Below, piece after piece: positions 1 to 12,468 of a stretch of DNA of 64,000 nt (positions are counted from its first letter, which is position 1; every line of letters begins with the position of its first letter). The DNA is taken from contig NC_134026.1 in NCBI RefSeq assembly GCF_964204645.1, forward strand, positions 22,416,150 to 22,480,149. The letters run 5' to 3'. The position numbers were made by a program, and so were the translations under genes. The notes under the pieces are model-generated. The model was not told the origin of the DNA, did no database searches, and was given only the letters and a program-made list of their open reading frames with translations. Source of the stretch: Tubulanus polymorphus. Lineage: Eukaryota > Animalia > Nemertea.

Positions 1-271
1 ATTTTGTCATATCCTCTGTTATGCGTTCAAGAGGTTCCTGTGTAGTTTAACAACCCCTTATTATATTGTAACAATCTCATTTTCAAATAAACTCTGACGA
101 TGGGTGCAAATATTCCACCTGTACTAACAGTAGCAACAGGAATGTAAGGAAAGAAACCATAGCAGTTGTTTTAGACTCAATAATGTGGGTTTCCACACAC
201 ACAGGAATGTTGGATGGCGCATATCCTCTTATTTTTGTTAGTCAACTGAAAACACTTGTCCACAATGATAT
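1..271 (-). other. Probable 5'-UTR exon of a minus-strand gene whose CDS lies left of the window
   Basis: A strong minus-strand acceptor (ctctcccttttctctttcttttag) lies at ~272-295. The exon has only short ORFs and an ATG at 10-8 that runs off the window. Candidate upstream donors on the minus strand are gtaagt at ~4052-4057 and gtaaga at ~10188-10193. No protein was identified. Confidence 0.35.
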
Positions 272-481
272 CTAAAAGAAAGAGAAAAGGGAGAGAGTGA
301 AAATGTATGGCTATAGCCAGGCCTTACCTTAAAAGAAATCAAAAGACAAAACCTAGTCCTACCCTAGATGCCTTGAAGTAGGCTATCGCAATTTCTTCGA
401 TCAGACGCCTTTCCAATATGATTGAAACAGTACCAATTTTAAAACACTTTTAGAATTACACAGCCTAAACTTAGCAACTAA

Positions 482-891
482 AGGTGGGCGTAGGTCGGCC
501 TTGCGACTCACTGTGACGCGACTCACTGCGACCGCCAGCGACGATCGCGTCGCAACGACCAACCGACCTACGCTACCTTGCGACTGCCAGCGACGCCGGT
601 CGCAATGAGTCGCACCTGTTCTACTTTCTGCGATGCGATGAGACCATCAGCGACGATCGCGTCGCAACGACCAACCGACCTACGCTACCTTGCGACTGCC
701 AGCGACGCCGGTCGCAATGAGTCGCACCTGTTCTACTTTCTGCGATGCGATGAGACCATCGCAACCGATCTACGCGCTCTTGCGACTGGGAGCAACTAGT
801 CGCACACAATCGCGTCGCAACCGACTTACGCCTCCACTTGTGACGCAACGCGACGATCGCGTTGCATCGCAAGGTCGACCTAAGCCCGGCT
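482..891. mobile_element. PIF/Harbinger-like MITE with an internal 112-bp tandem duplication
   Basis: 25-bp imperfect TIRs (aggtgggcgtaggtcggccttgcga versus rc agccgggcttaggtcgaccttgcga, 4 mismatches) are flanked by TAA on both sides (479-481, 892-894). The interior is GC-rich and built of gcgac/gtcgc motifs. 537-648 and 649-760 form a direct repeat. Confidence 0.75.
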
Positions 892-3004
892 TAAGGCCTC
901 AAAATTGGGCTCCAGGTCTCTCTTTTATCTAAGGATAACATACAACGTCTTGACATCTCGAGTTTTACAATTGAAATCTGCTGCAACAAAGCGTCTCAGC
1001 AACAACAGTAGCCGCAAATATCATGGTTTTCAGATATGACTGACTATCTGACAATGATATCTAGCATCCTTACACATCACAGCCGATGCTATATGCACTG
1101 CGTATATGAAAAAACTATTTCAATGTTATTTCATGCATGCTTACTCCGGCGGCCACTGGAGAACTGAGAATGTTTCGATTACCGGCGCATTATTGACTGT
1201 CACAAAATTCCTTTGAGTAAGTAATAACATATAACACCTTTATTAACAAGATATATATAATGTATATACCGAGATTGTATGGAAGAGAAGATATGATACA
1301 CCGAATAAGATTTCCTCTCGCTCTCAGTTAGCTGGGGCGCATCATGCATACCGACAACATTTCCAATAAATCAGAAGGAAATCATCCAGTTCAATAGATT
1401 CACATATGCTCGCCTTCGGAAGCAAGCTGCCCATAGCACTATTTGCGGAGTTTTATGGAAAACCTAAGCGAGTTATGGCTAAACCCAATCATTCCGGATA
1501 ATTTGGGCCAAATGAAATCAATCCCGGTTTATGAAATCAAAAATTGCGTTAAATAAGTTGACTGCAAATAGGGCCAATTAAATAGATTTTATCAAAATCT
1601 GGAAGAAAGCAAGTTATATAATAACAGGGTTTCCGTGATGGTGAAAAGAAAAAATAATGTCCATTAGTTATTATCGGGGAAAAATTGTACAAGCCTGTAT
1701 CTATATCAAGACAAACACCGCAGGCGTGAAGCCCAAAGGGCGAGTTATGAGGATTTTTTGGAGCAATCATTAGTGCATTCTTATGTTATCAGAGTAGTGC
1801 CTGTCACATGAGCTTCATTCACTCATTGAAGTAAAAGTAACACTCACAGAGACTTACTTCAATACTTACTTTAGTTACTATGATTTTTTAGAGAGAACAG
1901 AAAGAACACAGTTTCATTGGCTAACATGTAGGACTATACCATTATGGAAATAGGGTAGGCCTATATAGGAATGTCATGACCCTGTCCGGGCGATTACACT
2001 ATGCTTGTAGGGAAGGTAGGTATGGCCTATGCGCTTTTACTGCCTCACTACATCCCCAGCCACGCATTTCATTATCAAAACAGATCGTTACATTGAAATA
2101 AACTAAAATAAGAACACTGTAAAGTCTCTAGTGAACGAATAATCAATTTCTTTTCGTAATTCCTCTGAGGAATTTTTCAGGATCCGGGGAAAATAGGACC
2201 ACTTTTGGTTGGGGGAAAAAACAGCCACACAGAAACCCTGAAACCGATGAATCAACTAAGTTAGATTTCATTGATGGTGAAAGGAACGAAGGGAAAGCTT
2301 TGAAAATTATCATTTACTTTTTCAGGAAGTTTCATACAAAGGTCTTCATGCACATCTTTATGATCATCGCTTAAATTCTATTTAAGCAACTACGTACGAT
2401 AAAAAGATAACGAAGGAATGTGACCAACTTCGTTGAAAAAAGAGGATGTGTTACATCCGATGAACCAAAAATAACAACCTCTACGAAATCTACTTTCATG
2501 AATCTTATCAATATGGTATTGGCATCGAGAAATGTGTTGAGAATCTTATGAAGAGAAAGAACAGCTTTTCAGAAGACTTAAAACATATATGCGATCTCGA
2601 CGAGGCACGTTTTGATCTATCAGTGTTTACAGATATAAAAAGATGATACCGATCGCTTTAAACATTGATCAGTCAACTGGATATCAAACACAACATCAAC
2701 GAATCTGGATTGAATATCAGACGCATATTAAAACCTGTCATGAAACAAGTTCTAAGATGTTGAAGCCATTCGAATCACGTTTTAATGTATGGTGCTGCTT
2801 ATGTAAGGGATAAATTGAGGGGCAATAATCATGTATATCAATCAAAACTAGTAGGCTTTTCATCAAGCATCTTTATAAGGCAAAAAGTTCTAAAATTTGT
2901 CCCGCAAAAAAAGTCCATCGTGATTTCTTCATTTAGCTTAACTTATCGCGCAACTAAACCTAGCAAAAAAGTTTAACAAGTCAAATATACCAAACAACTT
3001 TTGT

Positions 3005-3148
3005 CTGGGGCTAGTTGCACATTCATGGCTAAGATCTAAATCAGTCTAAGACCAACTTAGTTCTATAGCTAATCTAATATGGTCAAAACCAATTTTTTCG
3101 ATTTAAGACCACTTGGACTCGAGTCACGACGGTGCTACTGCTTCCTGA
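3005..3148. mobile_element. Degenerate fold-back MITE remnant
   Basis: The left end (ctggggctagttgcacattcatggctaaga) loosely matches the reverse complement of the right end (caggaagcagtagcaccgtcgtgactcga). Termini are CWG-like, and the match has many mismatches. Confidence 0.3.
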
Positions 3149-4742
3149 TATGTAGCTGTAGTTTCTACCCATAAACGTTTAAAAGAAAATTCCTATTGTT
3201 AGTCATGACTTTGAAGAAAGTCCCGGGATCATAAATATTTCAGAGTCACATTATCAGTTCTTTTATGCATGTTGATCTTGAACCAGGAAAAAAATGAGAA
3301 AAACTTCCATTTCATCGTCGAATCGACATGAATTCTGAGAACGCGGATCCTCTGAAGACTATGTTCGCGCCGAGTCGATAAGAAATACTGCGGGATTACC
3401 AGCGATCCCTGAAGATCAGCTTATCGTGTATGGTAACATATTGTTTCCTACTCATTGAAGAGTGGCAATGATCAAAGTCAACGGAAAAAATGGCTGTTTT
3501 AAGTCAGATCAGCGCTTCGTGCGTGACTGTATTGTCGTATCGATGAAATACACGGAAATCCGGAAAGAAGAAACACGATTAAATCAACGGATTCTTGGCT
3601 TACAGATCTTAAATAAACGTGATGATATAACTCATCGTTATACAATGGGCATTACATTACGATTCTAGAAATGATTCGTGTTGAATCTTTTCCAAAAGCG
3701 AGATTCTGATTGAATCGAATGCCTACTCTTGATAAGCCTTATTTCATTCACGTTTGAAGTTGATTTACATGTTCTTTCTATATCGAAATTCTGATTAAAT
3801 TTCTATTCCGGCATATACTGGAAAATCATAGGCCCCTATTGAAAATTTCTTCTAATGAAAACAATTGATAGCCGTTACATATGTAGGAACTTTATTGCAA
3901 AACTTAAAATTTACTAAACTTAAATTTCGCTACCTTTTTATGCCGTCTTCTAAAAAATTCTTCACTCACATTCTCTTAAGGGGTTAATCAAAGCAGGGAG
4001 GTACAGCCCTCCCCAATCAAAGCGAAATAACATTGTCAAAGCTTTCTTTTTACTTACCAGAATGTACTGACATCATGTCTCTCCTCGAGTCGACTGCGAC
4101 AGCAATGAGAAAAGAACACTTTTTCTGCTCAGTTTTAGAAGTACATCAGCTGCAATTCGAGAAAAAAACAAATTTGATTTATTCATGATAACGAATACGA
4201 ACGAAAACAACGAACACAGAAAAGCCTCTGACCGCTACCCGTAAAAGGGGTGTCTATTACATAGACACCACTGACAAAAAATAGACAGCCTAATGTGACA
4301 GCAGATTTTTCGAAAGTAAATTTCCTCCTTGTTCAGGTTTAACATGCAGCTCCCTATTCATAATAAAGGAAGCAAATGATCACTCGCTTAACGCAGTCAA
4401 TGAGCCCGATCTAATTTTGATTTGATCGCATCACTCGGACTCATCAGTCTCGTCTATACGTACAACTCGCGTGGTACAAATTGCCGTCGTCGGATATTAT
4501 TACTCATTTACGACGCCATCGTGTCTTTGACGGCCGTCCTCGCGAAAATTCGGACCGCTCGACTGTCAATGGATGACCGAATGCGGAGCGATGTATTCGC
4601 CCTAAAAGCTATTAAAGAATCTAGACGAGGAGACGCGAAGAAATATCGCTGCAGCACTAAATACACTAGAGCCTTTCATATCTAACCGAATCAGGCGCCA
4701 GCTTAATAGGTCCAAGACCTAGTTAGTAGTATTACCTCTAAC

Positions 4743-4857
4743 CTGGGCCCGGTTTAATAGACCGGTATCAACTTTGATACAAGGGCAAACTGAATTGAAA
4801 ATTAATCGAGTTTGCCTCCAGGATAAAGTTAATACCTGTCTATAAAACTGGCCCCTG
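4743..4857. mobile_element. Palindromic (fold-back) MITE
   Basis: The ~50-bp arms pair: ctgggcccggtttaatagaccggtatcaacttt...ggcaaact versus rc caggggccagttttatagacaggtattaacttt...ggcaaact. CTG is present at both ends, and a further related terminus (aaaactggccccag) lies at ~4892-4905. Confidence 0.6.
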
Positions 4858-5058
4858 GGTTTAATTCAATTGGTAATGAACAGGTTTGAAAAAAACTGGC
4901 CCCAGGATTTACAAATCAATGTCTCCACATTTCAGGGTTATTCTACATCTTTTTCATATCATTTACCATCAAAGAACGCCACAGACAGCCTTTTATATCT
5001 TAAAATAGGGACTATTCTTGTTGTTTATTTCTTTGGATGATTTGGTATGATTTTTTTT

Positions 5059-5125
5059 ATTTGGTGTCCTTTACAAACCCATGCTAGGAACGAAACAGAG
5101 GTTTTTGATTTTGAAGTGTAGATAT
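5059..5125. repeat. Dispersed repeat fragment, copy 1
   Basis: atttggtgtcctttacaaacccat (5059-5082) matches 30665-30688 at 23/24 nt, and looser similarity continues downstream (ggaa..gaa..cag..ttgattttgaa..tagatat). Confidence 0.55.
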
Positions 5126-7540
5126 TTAGAGTCCTTAGTGAAGAAGGTACTTAACTTAAGTACTTGCTTGAATTGTGCCTTATGAGGGTGCCGCCATAAA
5201 TGTCCTACTTCGTGTCTCATGGTTTTGTCAAGTTTCTATATAAATATTTTTTGTTACTTTTGTTGAAAATATCAATGCTCTCTACATCCAATCCTATCCT
5301 ATCGTTTTTTTTCTGGTTCACTCTTTTTGGTTTATAGACTAAATATAAGGATCCAACAAAATCACCCAGGTTCAAAATGTCAGCATAAATCTTTGAGGAC
5401 TAAAGATATTCATATAGATAGTGAGTGATAGATTTCATTTGCTTGAAATTGAAAATGTGTTTACCAGGCATGGCTGGAAAAAGACGATAGTTTGCATTTG
5501 TAAAATAATACATGTGTGGTGATGGTCTACAGCTTTCACCCATGCCTGACTCGAATTTTGGATATTTAAACTTTCTTCAAGCGCGAGGAGTTTTCTGATT
5601 AAAAACCAACTGGTTTGACATTGTAAACGGCAAAATGATGGATGACAGTCACAGTTTAATACAATTACAAAACATTGCGAGTAGAATGAAGGTAAAAGGG
5701 AAACATCTATTTTGCAATTCAAAGAAATGTTTGTCCACTGAATTATTTGTTTGAGTAGACCTACTTCTGTCTTGATTAATAAGTGGATAAGCCAATTGTC
5801 CTCCCTCCCTGACGAATTAGTAATATTTTTTCTTACAAAATATCTCTTCAGAAACTTACTATCAAAGTAATTTCTGTAGTTCTTTTTACATGAATACTGG
5901 TCAAGATTTCATCAGATTTTGACATTTTCTATCATCAACGTCCAACACATTTGGAATCTCTTGACGCCGGAATAGAATAAATCAAATCACATAGCCGCAA
6001 AACAATTGAATTGTCATGTGGTCAGAGAAATAGCCAAATTCAATCAACTAGCCGACTCGTGATAAGCGATAATGAGCGAGACCTCTTGAAGGGATGAACA
6101 GCGTAATAACGATCGCATTGCATACCAACTCTAAGTCATCGAGTTTGCCAAGCGACATTTTTCATCGAGCGATTGCGATGCAAAAAAAACCTCAGCCGTA
6201 TACAATGGATTTTTCGATATCAATCAAGTTACACAACTGTAAATGATATGATTGAAATATTCAATCGCATAGCATGTAAATACCTTTGCTCATTCTGGCC
6301 AACTTCATCAAATATTTTCATAAAATTTGAATTGTGTAGTCTATGGATATCGATAGAAATGGAAAGAGATGTCAAAGGTCCCGGTCTTCCTCGTCAATCC
6401 AGGTTTCAATAAGCCTAAATCCTTTTAGTGGTTGCAAATATTTTCAGTATATACATGATCCTTTACCCGGAAATTCTCTTCACAGTTGAGAAAAAAAATC
6501 GATCGGCCTTTTCATCAACCTAGAGTGGCACTTAGGCCACTTTAAGGGTAGTCACCTTAAGAAAGATTGATTTTGTGGATCATATAACCCAAGAACCCTT
6601 TAATATTGCGAACGTTAGTTCTTAAAAAATGTCCCGACGGTTTAGATTTGAATATCACTATTTTGCGCGAGATTCTACGCGGTGACAATTGATTGTTATT
6701 GGAAACACAATCTATCCAAAGTTGCGCCGCTTGGGGAACATTGAGTGCGCATCATTGCATTTCGTTTGCGAAAGGCAATAATTTCTGACATTTCATACCT
6801 ATCTAAAAGGCTCCGAATACAATCAATTTCTGCCCAGATTCCACGTAACCGAAACCATAAATTTCGCATATAAAATATGTATTATGTTTTCAAGTAAACA
6901 AATTGATTATCATTCTCGCAGCCCTCGAGGGCTAGAGGTATTCAGGTGAGACTCGTCGATTCGAATAAACCTTTGACATTTATCAACATTCGAATGGAAT
7001 CGAACGAAATTTCCGATAACAGACATTTCCGTTCGATATTAAACGTTTTAAGTGCATAGAAGAACTGATTTAATTAAACTATGAAATACAGGTGTGGTTA
7101 CCATCGCTATCAGTGTTCCCCCCATATGCTGGAATTCTAAAGGGGCTGAATTCAATATTTTTACTGTGTATGACATAGTGGCTGCTGAAGTAGTAAGGCT
7201 TTTGATCCCCCCAAAAATAAGGAAAAGCTTAATTTTGATGTAATCTTCTTCTTTCACATAAGCTCAAATATTTCAAAGTAAATTTTTGGCATTGATAGAA
7301 TATTGACATTTTATAAGGGGGTGGCTGATTTTCAGAAGGGTGAATATAAAAATAAAAGGGGTGGCCACCTTTCTAAAACTGTGGAGGACACTGTCTATGG
7401 AACTGCAGTAATAGGCCATGAAATTTTACATATGAATCAAGTAAAAGGGTATGAAACAATGAATATCCATTTAATATATATTTTGTGTATCCCTACTTTA
7501 TCAATCCCTTTAGACATTGTTTTACAGCCATGAGCTTCAA

Positions 7541-8024
7541 AATCAGCAATAGCAAAACTTCGAATGTCATGTCATAACCTTATAATTGAAAAAGGAAGGA
7601 GACTCGGCATCGCTCAACCAAATCGTATTTGCCCTCACTGTAACGCTGTCGGCGATGAATCCCATTTTCTTTTTTATTGTAAACTGCAGGATAATTTAAG
7701 AACTAAATATGATATTGTAAATCTAAACCTAGACACTTTTCTTTCAGCCTTTACTAATCCTAATAAACCAATCTTCTTAAATATTGCGAAATTCATATAT
7801 CATGGGCTTGTAAATATCACTTAAATAATATTGTATATATATATATATTTATATATATGTTAGACATTGTATTAGTTCTCTCTCCTTTTATTATTTTTCT
7901 GTTAGTGCACATCTTTGTGTCACACATTTTTGTTTTTTGTCTGTTTGTTGTTATTGTTGTTTTCTTCATTCACAATCTTATACTTTGGATTTATGATGAA
8001 TAAATTGAAATTGAAATTGAAATT
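7541..8024 (+). mobile_element. Heavily 5'-truncated non-LTR retrotransposon (RTEX-like 3' end)
   Basis: It encodes the LINE ORF2 C-terminal CCHC motif AIAKLRMSCHNLIIEKGR...RICPHCNAVGDESHFLFYC (stop at 7824). A 3' UTR follows, then AATAAA and an (ATTGAA)n tail. An 8-bp TSD, AGCTTCAA, lies at 7533-7540 and 8025-8032. The clade assignment is inferred from the motif. Confidence 0.85.
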
Positions 8025-11000
8025 AGCTTCAACTAAATCTCGACATTTGAACAATCAATCTAGATCACAAAGGTTGGGCTTTTGAACTCGATTTAGGAAA
8101 ATAAGTCTATCAAATTTGTCCTGAATTTTAATCATGAATTCCATTGGTCTCAAACGATCCGGATTAATTGGTTTTTTTTTAAATCAAAGATATACTATTT
8201 TTTTTAGTTCTCCAGTTTACACAGTCAGCCAATATTCGTTGAGAGACTGTGGTCAACGTGAAAGCCAAACTTACGCTTTTAAAGTAAATGTCTTGAGAGA
8301 TGTAATCCATACGATATTACCTGCCTTTCAACCAGTACCTTAATTAGATTTAGGAAAGGACTGACAAGTCTGCCGTACCAGTCTCAATGGTAAAGTAAAG
8401 GTATACTCAGCAGAAATTGCGGCCACAAGATTACGCAGGCCAGACATATTTACCACATAACCTTATACATCAAATCCATCATCCATGCAGTTTACATGAT
8501 TTGCACATTGGCCACCGATCTCCCGAGTCCTCGGCCATTTATAAATGAAATCTCGATGACAAATATTCTGCAAACCGTTGCTAAGCTTATTTACTTAACT
8601 TCGCAAAAAGGAAATCTCTAATCATGTAACATATACGACTACGATGGAACTAGCGGGCTAGCTGCGATACTCGATCTCTTCATCAGCGCATCAAATAGTC
8701 TGGACCCATTTACAGAAATATTACCGAAAAAAAATCATCATACTAGACTAGTAATGCATTGAAAAGATAAGATATACAAACATGAAAAAGCAGACTCCTT
8801 CAAGACAATACAGAACCGACCAAATAACCATCAAATCACAGACCAATGAAGTGAAAATTATTGCATTACACAGAAAATCACTTGAATGAATGAATGGTTT
8901 TTATATTTGTGTCTAAAAAGAGCAGGGATTCAACTGCCTTATAGGGGCCTAACTGAAATTGAGATTGATTGAGAAGGTTGTCAGTAGGCCTAGTAGGCTA
9001 ATTTATAAGTTTGTGCATGAATTTCAGATCCAGAAGAATAGCCTAAGTACTTGAATCAAAGTTTGCTGCATTGTACCTGCTGGTAGTAGGCCTAATGAGA
9101 TTTTAAAAGTTAATTTCTGTTGCACATTAGACGGATAAAAGAGCCACTCCCTGATGCAGATCGACTGAGATCGAGCAATTACTGAATGTCAACGTACTAA
9201 TCATCATTTGATTAATCCGGAACTGAACTCAGTTCATCAACTCAAATAGAGTATCATCAAAGAATATCTTTCTTCTACCGAGAAATCTTGCACAAGCCAT
9301 AATTTAACCCTTTATGAGCAAAGAACGATAACATTATCAATTCTTTGCTGCAGATGAGTTTCTTTGCAGCGCCTTTCTCTCTGCTTGATGAATTTTTGAT
9401 GCAGTAACGAAGCCATTTATCGCTGTCGAGTTGTTCTATCAGCGATCACAAATTTTATTGGCGCCCTATTTTTGGTGCGGATTGAATTAGTCGTTTTAGA
9501 TTCAATAGGATTACTCATGTTTTGAGTCTTGATCAGGGAGACTCCCAACTCGCCCCAAACAAACAGATACAGTAGGCTACAGATAATAACACCTAGGTCC
9601 TATCAAAAATTTAAAAAATATTTCATTCTTAATATATTCCAGATACCACTCTGCTTTGATTTCCGGTTATGACCTAAATACTTAAAATTGCTAGTCATCA
9701 ATTCAAACTATTCAAGTAGCCTTGGCCTATATAAAATTGAAACATTGGAAGAAAGCTAGGCCTATCCTCTAATTTTGTGTTGTGGTAAGTACCATTTAAT
9801 GCAGTGCTCTTTAAGTGTGATAACTCTGATAGGCTGAAGGTAACATACCTTCAATAAGTGTCTAAGTGAAAGCATTTTTACGCCAGCGGAGTTAGCCCCC
9901 ATCCCAACCGCCCAAAAAAAGAATGAGTTTTGAGTCTCATGATGATACCAAGATGAAGGCAATACTACTATAAATCTGAACAATGACACTACTAGAGTCC
10001 GACTAATTTGTAAACATAAAACTAAGATTGGGTTACTAAGATCAAGCGCCAAAATGTTTAAACAGCGCGTTGGTTCCCGCAGCGGCGCACGCAGCAGACA
10101 GACACTGTGTGTGTGTCATAGAAACAATAAAAGCTTACACAAACTCTTCAAACTCATTTAACAACACGTATCAATGGTCCACGACGTTCTTACCGTAAAA
10201 TAAAGATTATTTGGAATGTTTTTTTTGGATTAAATCCTCGCGTGTTTGCTAACAAATCAGCGTTATTCCTAGTGAAGTAGTAAACACATCAGTCAGAGTA
10301 TGGGATCGAGTATATACGATGTGTACCATGTTGTCGTAATATTTCCCATTCCAGGACCGAATCAATTGGTTGACATAGAATAATGCATACGTAAAGATAA
10401 ATAATTTGAAGAAATAATCAATTATCTATCTAAATAGATAGTTTATAATACTACACAGGTATACCACAATCTATGTCTTTCGTGTTCGCTTGAATTGAAT
10501 TGGTCCCAAAATTAAAGATTTTGAGGAAACATGCTCTGTTTTACATGTTACTTCCTGGTTCATCGGGCCATGATATCACTCCGCGTATCTAATCACAAGT
10601 TCTTATTGACCCATCAGTTCATCATCCAGACGGGTCGAAGCATTACGACTTTCTATAAATTCCACTCATTACCAATTCAAATATTTGAAACAGAAACTGC
10701 ACTTAACATCATACGAATTGCAACGTATTTCCTCAGTCGCATGTGTACGGTTCGGGTGCTCTTCGGTCCACGAACTTGACCAACTTGACTGCTAAATTTC
10801 GAGTCAAAATCCTTAATTTCCGTTGAAATAGGTAATATTTCACTTCATATTTTAATGCATAGGAGTGGCAAATTGTCTATTTCTAATGGTTGTAAGAACC
10901 TGCATCCATTTGCAATGTTTAATGTTAATATATGTTCATTTAGATTAAAGGTTGCTTATAGAAATCTTTACAAAAAAAAGTCAAATTCCGCTGACAAATT

Positions 11001-11112
11001 TAATTTATTGAAGATACTGTTGCGTTCGCTTATGCTATGATAATTTCTGTAATTACATGTCTTTTTGATTTATAGATCAAAACATGTAATTACTAAACGT
11101 GACAGCATAAAG

Positions 11113-12229
11113 ATGAGATGGCTCATTCAATTAGTCATCTTGGTGGGCAGTGTATTTTTGGTGACTCGTTCCACGGCTGATGCTAGCTTTCCTCACTGCA
11201 AGAATCTACTCATTGGACAATATCCTTTTTTGAATCATCTGTAAATGCTTTATCAAGATGAAAATTTTGGAAACAATTTACCTTTCTTGACTTCCCAATT
11301 AATACATATTTATGTGACGAGCCTCAGGTCGATTCTGTAACTCAACGTGCAAAAGGTTGCGCTCGCTACGCAATCAATGGAAAAGCAGTATCATTAGTCA
11401 AAGGTATAAGCTCTACCCTAACCTGTACGTATGCAGATGGCATTGGCCAAAGTCAGAGATGTTGAAATAATGTACATTACTGTCTGTAGACTAATACCTC
11501 CAAAATGTTCTAGGGGAATGGGGATTACCCTAGCCTGAATGCCAGACGTCTTATGGGTTACTCCTAGAACGGAGACGATGGCTCTTTCCAGTAAAGAATA
11601 TTTTTATTTTTTTAGTAACCTGTCACCTTGCACCTGGTGTCACTTGCACAGGTCTATGCGATGAAAAAGCTGATTCGAATTGCTCGTCGGAATTCAAGAA
11701 AGATGTGCCTTGTGAAATTACGTAAGTTTGTTCAAACAATAAACAATGATAAAGAGTAGAGATTTTGTATTAAAAAGAAATGATTTCTTGCAGAAATGGA
11801 CATAAATTCGAAAATGCCCTGCTGCTCTCGATATTCCTTGGCATGTTTGGGATAGATCGATTTTATCTCGGTTATCCAGCAATTGGTAAGACATTGAAAT
11901 ATAATTGAACCTCTCATATTTTGCAAGATTACAATTTGTGTACTTATGATGACAAAACATGTTTATTGGTAATTTCAGGTTTGTTGAAATTTTGCACTTT
12001 GGGGTTTATGTTTCTCGGCCAGTTAGTTGATATTTTACTAATAGCTATGCAGGTAAGATTTTAATTTGAGTTCCTGAGAAATTTGAAAGTATGAAATGAT
12101 GACATCAATGGTCAATTTATACTGTGTTTTCAGATTGTTGGACCAGCAGACGGATCAGCTTATGTAATCGATTATTATGGGGCGAAGCTCACTAGAATTT
12201 CTAGGGACAATAGTACAATAATATTCTGA
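11113..12229 (+). CDS. TM2D1: TM2 domain-containing protein 1 (beta-amyloid-binding protein-like), 6 exons
   Basis: Exons: 11113-11219, 11306-11403, 11616-11721, 11794-11885, 11979-12052, 12134-12229. The translation has a signal peptide (MRWLIQLVILVGSVFLV), CKNLLIGQYLCDEP, the TM2 domain LLSIFLGMFGIDRFYLGYPAIGLLKFCTLG and the C-terminal AMQIVGPADGSAYVIDYYG. AATAAA at 12344-12349. The gene is absent from the ORF track because its exons are short. Confidence 0.93.
11220..11305 (+). other. U12-type AT-AC intron (TM2D1 intron 1)
   Basis: The 5' splice site is ATATCCTTT, a branch-site-like TTTCTTGAC lies at 11283-11291, and the intron ends TAC. Removing it restores G-Q-Y-L-C, whereas read-through meets a TAA. 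Confidence 0.9.
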
Positions 12230-12468
12230 TTTTTAAATACTAGTCATATAGCACTGACTTAATTAAAAGTCAGTTTTTTAAGGTTCTGCTTTTCTGAAGG
12301 ATTTTGTATATACGCGTACTTATGATTTATATTGGATGTTGTAAATAAAGTTGAATTTAAGTGAATTTATGCTGTTAAGTTATTTTCATTTTTGAATCAT
12401 TTGTCCGATGAGGAATTTTGTCCGGCCGCGACTTCACCTCTGGTAAGCGAGTGGCGCTGCTTTCCAAC

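Noticed and set aside
537-932. Overlapping ORFs (578-799, 621-872, 690-932) and a repeat that might suggest a CRISPR-like array
   Set aside because: They lie in a GC-rich MITE with a two-copy 112-bp duplication. There are no unique spacers and no protein similarity.
3215-3228. GAAAGTCCCGGG resembling the RNase MRP CR-I motif
   Set aside because: Imperfect match, no convincing P4 partner strand, and AT-rich unstructured context.
7111-7392. Possible hAT-like element bounded by cagtgttcccc and ggaggacactg
   Set aside because: The terminal match is short and imperfect and there is no TSD.
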